From positions 87,815 to 151,814 of the forward strand of contig CALSCP010002159.1 in the NCBI GenBank assembly GCA_943704425.1: DNA of 64,000 bases, in the 5' to 3' direction. The position numbers and the translations under genes were made by a program. Below, piece after piece: positions 55,662-64,000 of the stretch (position 1 is its first letter; each line of letters opens with the position of its first letter). The notes under the pieces were generated by a model. The model saw only the letters and a list, made by a program, of their open reading frames with translations, was not told the DNA's origin and did not search any database. The stretch comes from Ministeria vibrans ATCC 50519. Lineage: Eukaryota > Protista > Filasterea.

Positions 55662-56172
55662 GGACAATGTCGCCGACTGAGCAACCTTGTCTGAAATGCG
55701 CCAGGCGTGAAGTGGCGAGGTGGAAAAACTGTGTGAAACAAGTAAGATTTTTTAGAGTATTCTCTTTTCACTTGTTTTCCCTTCTCTATTAATATTGAGT
55801 AAACTTTTCGACTTCATTTATTCCTATTAATATTACACTAATATTACACGATGGTGCACCGGAGACTGCCGTATACAGGGTCTACCTGTGACTCCGTACA
55901 TTCTTCTCATGGGTGTTCAGTGGGTCTATGGGCTTCTTTCGGGACATTCTCGTCTTGAAGTCTACGGCGGAAGTATTGTGCTGCTCTTTGTTTTGTATAC
56001 AGTTTTGTTTTGACATTGAGTTCAGCTCTCGATTCTCTATTTATTTCTTACACTTAATCAGATTTTCTTCGTTCATTGATCATTCACTTTATATACTATA
56101 TCCATCCACCTTATTGTATGACTGTCCTAGTAAGTAGCGAGTGTGTGAGCGAGAGAGTGACCTACAGGCGCG

Positions 56173-59100
56173 CTACATCGTGTTCTCGGGAAGCAGAACA
56201 CGATTCAAGGACAACGTACCCAACGCCATATTACTATCCCCTCCAGACGCATCCAAGTCTTGCCCCACCGTCATCTCCTGCACCGTCTCCATTGCGTGCG
56301 CCATCGTGAATCCTTCTTCCGCCAGCCCCACAATTTGAGTGTCCCGTCGGTCACTCAGTGCCCCCAGACTCGCCTCCATCGACACAAGCACCGACAATTC
56401 TTGCTCCTCCTCTGCTTCCGACACAGAATTCGTCTTGGCCGATACACCACTTTTTGTTGCACGCTTCTTGTCCTTCCCCCCACTCTGAGTGATCGACGCG
56501 CTGCTCGTGTGCTCCGTCGACCTGGAACTGTTCTTCTTCCCATGCCCCGCACCGCTCGACGATACCAATTGCAGGCCAGGCAGTGCCTTCGCCACACGCT
56601 CCTTCCATTCCTTGCGCTGTCGTGCGTTCATCGCAAAGAAAACTGCCACAAGAATCGCTATAAAAACAAAAAAAAGCAAAAAAAAAGTGTATTAATAATA
56701 ATTATTATTATTATTTAATTTTATCTTATACTATGGGATGTCACACAATACCTTGCGAGCACACTGCAATAACAAAGAGATACCAAAAGGCAACCTGACG
56801 CGACACAACGGCAATATATGCAAAAAGCCATGAAATACCCAACGCAGACTGTAAAGAAAAAAGATGTCAAGACCGAACATGTCTTTAAGAAAGGATCGCG
56901 TACCGACATGCCAAGGTAGACACGGAGAAGCGCCGACGCCGATTTTCGTCGCGAATTCTTTTCCTGCTGTTGCTTTCGAAGCTGACGCACCAACAAAACA
57001 AACACGACCAAATTGTGCACAACAATGAGCGCAGTCGGTACAAGAAATGCGCCAATCAGCGAGGAAGAATAGGCAAACCAACAGTTGTCGGTGCCTGAGC
57101 CAAGCCCAATCAGTCGCGAGTGCGTTGCCTGGTCCACCACCACCACCACTACGCATACAATGCCAGTATTAATAATATTACTAATTATTATCACTCACGC
57201 AGTGAGTTCATACAAACAGTGAGCAGCAGCGGGACAAGCCATCCACAGACGACAAAGGTGCGGGTGCGAGGAGGCGAGCCAAACACCGTCACAAGGAGAA
57301 AGCGCAGATTGTGCGCCACACACGCCATCCACATAAACGACGCCAGCAAGAAAAAGTACAACAGGGCACCAACAATCTACAAAAAAACACACATTCCATT
57401 CATGTTAAAATTCTTCCAATGTATGCTATATTTTTTAAAGTGCTCTTCTTCTTCTTCTTCAACAATAATTATTAATATTATTTACCTGGCAGCCAACTGT
57501 ATTGGCCGTCTTCTCAATGCCAATCAAGAAAATCAGGTAACTGCAAAAAAGCGCCACTGACAAGTGCACAAGCAACAAAAGCGGCTGCGTGTGCATCCCT
57601 TTGAGTGCAAAATACGACACGGTTACATAGAGTGCGCCGAGAAGCGACAACACACATCCCACGTAAGTGAGTGCACTGAGCGCCGTCGCATGACCTGGTG
57701 TCAGACTTGCATCCTCATTGACAAGCGATGCTCCCGCAAGCACCGCAAAATTGGTGAGATGATTGCAGGCACAAACAGTGTGCGTTTCGTCTGACGAGCG
57801 TCGTTCACAACCGGCACCCGACCAGAGTTGCTCATCCTCGCGCCAGAATACACACTCCTTGACCGTGTCGCTCGTGCGCGTCGCAAACGTCAAAAGGACC
57901 TCAGACGTGTTTGAGAGAGCATTCACCGAGACATTGGCAAATGCCAACTGCACAGTCTGGCTCAGTTGAGTCTGGTTACCAAGCACCGAATAAAATGGTA
58001 CAGGGTCCCCGCTGTACACAAAAAAACGCGCCGTAAGACACTCGGAGGACGGTACAGCACCGAGAGCCTCACTCGCAAAGTCGGCTCCCAGCGACACGGT
58101 CGACAGGGCATCAACAGACGTAAAGTTGCGCAGAGCCAACGCACTCGCATCCGACTGTCGATCAATTTCCACGAGTAAGCGACTCTTCTCACGACGAGAG
58201 ATACTCTCGCATGGAAGCGTCGCCTCCACCAAGTCACCATACAACTCCGTCAGCGGAATGAGCGCATTTTGAAAGCCTGCCGACGAGAGTGCCCCCAACG
58301 ATGCATTCAGCATAAGCGAGTCAAGCACGCTGAACACACCATCGACAATGTAGGCAGTCGTGTTGAGCTGATTGGTCGCGTTGCGACCATACAATGAAAA
58401 TTCACCAAGTGCCGTTTGAACAACAGCCTCGGTCGAATTCACCATAATCTGCGATGCCACCGAGCCGTCGTAAAAGCCGCTCCAACTGCTCGAGTTACTC
58501 AGGCCCAACAGCAAACTCGTCGCCTCGGCGGCAGCAACACTTCCGTTGATCGGCAGCAGCAGCAGGGACAAAAGAGAGCAGGGCACCGAAGAGGGCCTCG
58601 CTTCGCCCACCACAGCAAAGTTGGGCAACGGCTGACTGAGGTCCAGGTATGCACCCACACACAAATTAGGATTGCGAATGAACGACATGTTGCCTACAAT
58701 GCGTGTCTCGTGCTCCCGTAGCACGATCGCAAGAGCGCTCAACTCGAATATATCTTCGCACTCCTCAATGAGACAATTGCCCTGGAACATTGACAGTACA
58801 CCCGTGCCTTCGGCCAGCCGCACGTCCGACACGCGATCGCACTCCGCAATCGTCAGGTCACCAGCAAACGTCTCAATCGTGCTGCCCAATGAAAATTCAG
58901 TCAGCACGGAGCAGTTGCGCACTTGGACGTTGCCCTGAAAAACACTCCCGCTGACAGGTGGTAGTACAAGAGACTCGAGCGCGTCGTTTTGCTCCACAAA
59001 AAGCCCACGATCGATCTGACGCAATAGTGGAAACACATCAACCGCATGCAATTGTTCAAGCGCCGAATTGTTGCTGACAACGACGGAACCTGACACAACA

Positions 59101-62100
59101 GTGAGTTGAGCAAACCCCGTGACAGTGTGCAGCAGTGGATTATTCGCAATGGTGAGCGTGCCAAGCGCGGCAATTGCATTGAGCGGGCATGCAACAGAGA
59201 GAAGACTGTCGTTGTCCACAATCGAAATGTTAGCATTGGCATTCATCACCAATGTCGCACCAAGCACATCATCTGTGAGCATCGCCAATTTCGCATTTCG
59301 TTCAATCACAATGCGAGATACCACCAACTCAACACTGCCAAACCCATCAAGGGAAGTCAGCTCAAAGTTGTCCGTGATCCACATCTCATCCAGACGAGCG
59401 CCCGTCATCTGTACACACCAAAAACCAGAATAATCATGAGAAGATAGTAATATAAAACAATACACAACAAAGAAAGGAACAAAATAACAAACACAGACAC
59501 ATGTGCAAAACCAACGGCTTACTTTCAAGAAAGACACGTCTGTCAATGCCGTCGCCACAATCAAAACACCGCTTTGTATACCGGTCGCGTTGACCATCGT
59601 ACCCACTGTGTCGATCGCTGTTAGGTTCAACAAGCTGCTAAATCGCAAGCTGTCCGCAGACTGCAGCAAAGAAAAAAGAGGCGTTGTCACATTGGTGAGC
59701 GACGGGAGTTTGTCAAAGACGATGGCGCCTTCAACAAATTCCACCGCCGCGAATGCAGACATCACAATCTCGCGCAGTTGCTGGTTGTCTTGAATCGATA
59801 GCGCGCCGTACACACGCTCGAGATGCGACAGAGTATCGATTGATTGAATAGACGTGCCTTCGACTGTGAGCGATCCATTGATGGTGCGCAGAAGCGAAAG
59901 GGAGTTCAGGTTGATCACTGCCGCCCCACTGAAGGTCACGTAACCTTCAATAACAACACAACCAGCAAAAGTGTCCACGCGCGCCTGCGTTGTCACCACC
60001 TCATTTCCGCGACAGTCACTTTCGCAATGTAGCCCAAACACGTTGGGCACACACATGCAAGTATAACCACCAATCAAATCGGTGCAGCTTCCACCGTGGC
60101 GACAGGGAGCACTCGCACACTCGTTAATCTCAATCTGACACTGTGTGCCAGTGTACGCAGGCAAACACTGGCAAGAGAAAAAGCCTTGTTGATTGGCACA
60201 CACACCATTATGAAGACATGGCGACGAGTCGCATTCGTTCACGTCCACGTCACAGAGTACACCAGTGAATCCCTGCATACAAAGACATGTAAAGTTGAGT
60301 GCCTCAACGACACATGACTGAGTCCCCAGTGTGGAACATGGGCTGGACGAACAAAAGTCAAACGTAGCCTGACACCGGTCACCCACACGGCCGTTTTCAC
60401 AGGAACCTGGAGAATAAAAAACAAAAAAAAACACAAGACAAACAAAAAAAAGAGCCAGCTCGGTAAATCAACTTGACGCACCACAACTTTTCCCCGGATC
60501 TTACAATTAAAATTATTCCCAGGTAAAGGAGTACACTGGCCAGAAAACATGCACGGCGATGAAGCACACGCGTCCACACTCGACTCGCACAGGTGGCCAG
60601 TGAAGCCTGCTGAGCAAGTACAAGTGATGCTGTTGGTCAACGCATCGTTGGCACAGACACCCTGATTTTGGCACGGCGACGAATCACACTCGTTGACGTC
60701 TTGCTGGCAAATCTTGCCCGAATATCCACTTGTGCAGACACAAGAAAAGTCATCAATGAGATCAGTGCAATTTCCTGAATGAAGGCAGGGTGACGAGGCA
60801 CACTCGTTGATGTTCGTTCCGCAAGTGGCATCGGTGAAGCCGCTGGCGCACACACATTCAAACGCATCGACAAGATCCACACAAGTACCACCATTAGAGC
60901 AAGGCAAACTAGAGCATTCAGTGGTGGGAGTGTCGCAAAGGGCGCCGGTGTAGCCAGGCAGGCAGGTACAAGTGTTGGGAGCGGAACAGGCACCAAAGAC
61001 ACAAGTCGACGAGCAAGATGGAACGTTGCACAATGGAGGCGAGAGGAAGCCAGTTGGACATTGACAAAGACCATCCGCGTCACAAGTGCCACCGCTGCAG
61101 GTTTCGCTGCAAAAGAGTACCGGTGAGTAGGTACACGACGATCCATCGACGCCAGCCTGGTATCCAGTGCCACCAGTTACATCAATTTGACTTGTCAACA
61201 ACGACGAGTACACTGTGTGTAAGCACACTCGGCCGCCGCCGCCGCCACCTCCTTGCCGAGTAGCCGAAGGCGATGAACCTCCAGTCGCACTAATAGAGCC
61301 TGTCCCGCGGATTGATTGTGCAGTTAACAGCACACTGCCACCCGATCCACCACCTGTCGACAGAGTGATACTGCAGCAAGTGCCCCCGCGATTCACACCG
61401 CCACCTCCGTCAACCACAATGGTACCGTTCATGATAATCGCACTTGAACTAATCACTTCAATTGCGCCACCGCCTGCTCCACCATAGGTGCTCATCACAG
61501 AGCCACCAGGTGACCCACACGTGCGAGGCCAAGTGGCATTTCCGTATGGCGCGCCGCCACTCAATGAAGTCCATCCATCTCCACCGCTGCCACCATGACC
61601 ACCACCTCCTCCACCTTCATTACCAGACGTACTGCCACCGGTTGCCATACCCAGCTCAGCCTGAGAGGACCGCACACCAACTCCAATCAGCTGTCCACTT
61701 GATTCCACTATAAGGCCCGTTGGCGCCGAGATGGATACATTGGCAAAGGCAAACATGCCGGCAATAGACATGTTCTGTTGCAGCACGACCGTCATACGTT
61801 CATAGCTCGCAAAGTCAAAATTAAGCGTTGATGAGGTCTCGACAGTAAGCGAACCCGACGAGAGCGTGACACGTGCGTGAGAACCAACGGACGCAAAAGA
61901 ACCGACATTCATGACGCTGCCGGACAGAAGCTCGATGGCAGTGAAATCTCCACGAAACACCCCTTGCACAGTAAGCGTGACATCCGCAGGAACAGTGAGC
62001 GACGAACCAAAAACCAAAGAGGCGTTTAGGGACACGTCCAAATCAAACGGCACTACCGTGCACGTAACACACACGAAGACACCGTTCACGGTGACAAGCG

Positions 62101-64000
62101 CAGATGCGTCACCGTCAAGGGAAGAACTGGACACAGAAATGTCGCTCGCGATATCAACCACTGCAGCAGCGCCAACAGAAATCGAATCCAAGTCGATTCC
62201 ACCCGAATGACCAAGCGATTCAGAAGTGATCATAGTCTGCGGCCCAAGCACTCCACCATTGGCAATGATAAGGGACGCAACACCCCCAAATGACGTGTAC
62301 ACGGTGCCGGCAGCGCCAATCTCATTGCCGCCGCCCCCAACGGCCGTCAGTGTCAACGATGCGCTCGTCGCCAACTGCGAATGCACTGCGATCCGACCCC
62401 CAGAACCACCCTAAAAACACCAGGGGAAAAAAACAGCAAGAGAGAGTTCGAGAGAGAGAGAGGGGGAGAAAACGATAAAGTCAGTACAAACACATATTGC
62501 CATTGCCAAAATTGTTCGCCGTACCCCTCCCGGTCGATTGGTGCTCGATGTGGTCGCACTTCCGCCACTTGCCGTCACCGATCCTGAGCCCACGACCTGT
62601 CGAGCAATCATCACAACTGACCCGCCCGATCCACCACCCAGCGATGAAAAGATCCCACAACAAGTCCCTCCGACGTATCTAAAACAAATCGGCAAACAAT
62701 CGAAACACAGCAACGTATTAACACAGATGTTGCGTTGTCGCATTACTACTTACACGCCAGTGCCACCGTTCATAGTCACTGTGCCGTTGTGCGTCAGTGT
62801 CCCCGCACTTTCGATCCACCACGCCCCGCCACCGGCGCCGGCTGCCACTCCGTTGTAGTTTGTACCACCGCCAGAGCCAGGTATTGCTGCGCGCAACAGA
62901 AACAAGTATAATGATTACATTAAATCACGAATCCAGACGCACGTCAACACACGCTGTCACACACGCACCAAAATAAAATCAATACCTGGATGTTCAATGT
63001 CGCCAAACTGAACGCCACCCGACGTTCCAGCTAGTCCAGTTCCGCCCGATCCCGCGTGTCCACCCCCTCCCGATCCCGTGTGAATTGTCGTTGCGTCCGC
63101 TCCGCCTGGTCCACTCGACGATCCATATCCACGACCCTACAATCAACGGCGGAGCACGTCAGAAAAAATATCACATCACAAACGAAACAAGGCATGTCTT
63201 ACGTCGCCCGTGACTGTCGTCTCCTCCCCAATCAGCACATCGCCACCCACGTTCATACGCGCATTCGTCACCACCACCGTCGTGCTCGCACTTGGCGACG
63301 ACAGCCCCGTGCCCAGTGTCACGTGCCCAGTCACATTCAACTGCATCATCGCCGCGTACGATGGCTCCTCGCTGAGTGTCATGCTTGCTCCGTCGTCCAG
63401 CCACAACGACCCGCCGACAGTCACATCCGTCTGCTGCACTGTCAGCAATCCTCCGCTCGCAACCGACACAGAGCCGCTCAGATCAAACACGCGCCCTCGA
63501 TTGGCAGTCGCCCGGAGCGTCACAGCCGACATCGAATCCACAATCGTCACACTGCCGTCCAAACCGTCAACTTGCGCGCCGTCCACCACGTCGAGCGAGC
63601 CACCGTTCGACACGACGATGTCTCGTGCCCATTCCAGCTCCCCGCGCACCTCCAATGCGTACGACAATTCCTGTTCTCCCATCACTCCCGCAGCACACGC
63701 AAGACGTCCGTCCACTCGAAGCTGCGCCGAAACACTCCCGCTCGTCGTCGTCGCTTCAATTGTCCGGTTGGCCGGAATACGCGCCACTGCGCCCCGTTCC
63801 ATCCGTAGCTCGGTCAGCACCAGTGTCGTTGTGGTGGTTGGGATCAGGTTGACGCCAATTGCGGTGGATGGGCTCGTCAGAGCTGAGTCCAGACGCAGCG
63901 TTGACACGCCGCCAAACGACGTGTAAATGGTGCCGGCAGCGCCAATCTCATTGCCGCCGCCCCCAACGGCCGTCAGTGTCAACGATGCGCTCGTCGCCAA
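56173..64000 (-). CDS. Adhesion GPCR, 5' end beyond right edge: Gly-rich/beta-helix repeats, 9 EGF (7 Notch-type), receptor-L-like domains, GAIN/GPS, secretin-type 7TM
   Basis: GPS CVFWREDEQLWSGAGC...TVCACNHLTNFAVL with intact HL/T. TM1 LTYVGCVLSLLG, TM3 LLYFFLLASFMWM, TM4 GWLVPLLL, ECL2 NCW. EGF-Ca motifs NINECASSPC and DVNECDSSPC. L-domain-like GCVVIEGYVTF...LSLLRTINGSLTV. Gly-rich GGGGGGHGGSGG..YG..P..GSPGG..GGAGGGAI..GGGSGGSV. Confidence 0.9.

Noticed and set aside
55866-55970. Possible MITE with imperfect 11-bp inverted ends (ctgccgtatac / gtctacggcgg)
   Set aside because: Two mismatches, no target-site duplication and no second copy in the window.
57120-57200. Apparent frameshift between TM4 and ECL2 of the adhesion GPCR
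   Set aside because: Resolved by using the downstream acceptor ctcag|gcaccgac, which gives MNSLRTDNCW in frame.

Overview
Gene-dense, intron-rich eukaryotic DNA in the standard code, with GC-rich exons and AT- and microsatellite-rich introns. An intact HRDLAARN receptor tyrosine kinase, a GAIN/GPS adhesion GPCR and a two-domain RSK suggest a unicellular holozoan (filasterean/choanoflagellate-like). That taxonomy is inference only. I reconstructed 14 protein-coding genes by hand, including splicing. In order: (1) a giant surface protein with five beta-helix super-repeats, EGF and IPT/TIG, truncated at the left edge; (2) a CHZ-motif histone chaperone; (3) a SMAP-type ArfGAP; (4) a tandem GxDLY/SGNH hydrolase; (5) an ankyrin-pseudokinase-pseudoPARP fusion; (6) a REX1-B protein; (7) an unknown Lys-rich protein; (8) p90 RSK with two GC-AG introns; (9) a ~4,400-aa RTK with a Notch-ligand-like C2+DSL head, ~30+ Sushi repeats, EGF, IPT, REJ and a degenerate GPS; (10-11) a divergent pair of intronless secreted proteins with amphipathic N-termini; (12) a small coiled-coil protein; (13) a DUF5672-like putative glycosyltransferase; (14) an adhesion GPCR with Gly-rich, Notch-type EGF and receptor-L domains, truncated at the right edge. 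The best candidates for an undescribed system are the DSL-headed RTK (possibly with the neighbouring EGF-aGPCR and glycosyltransferase), the divergent secreted pair, and the double pseudo-enzyme. Domain calls come from motif recognition by eye; no database search was run.
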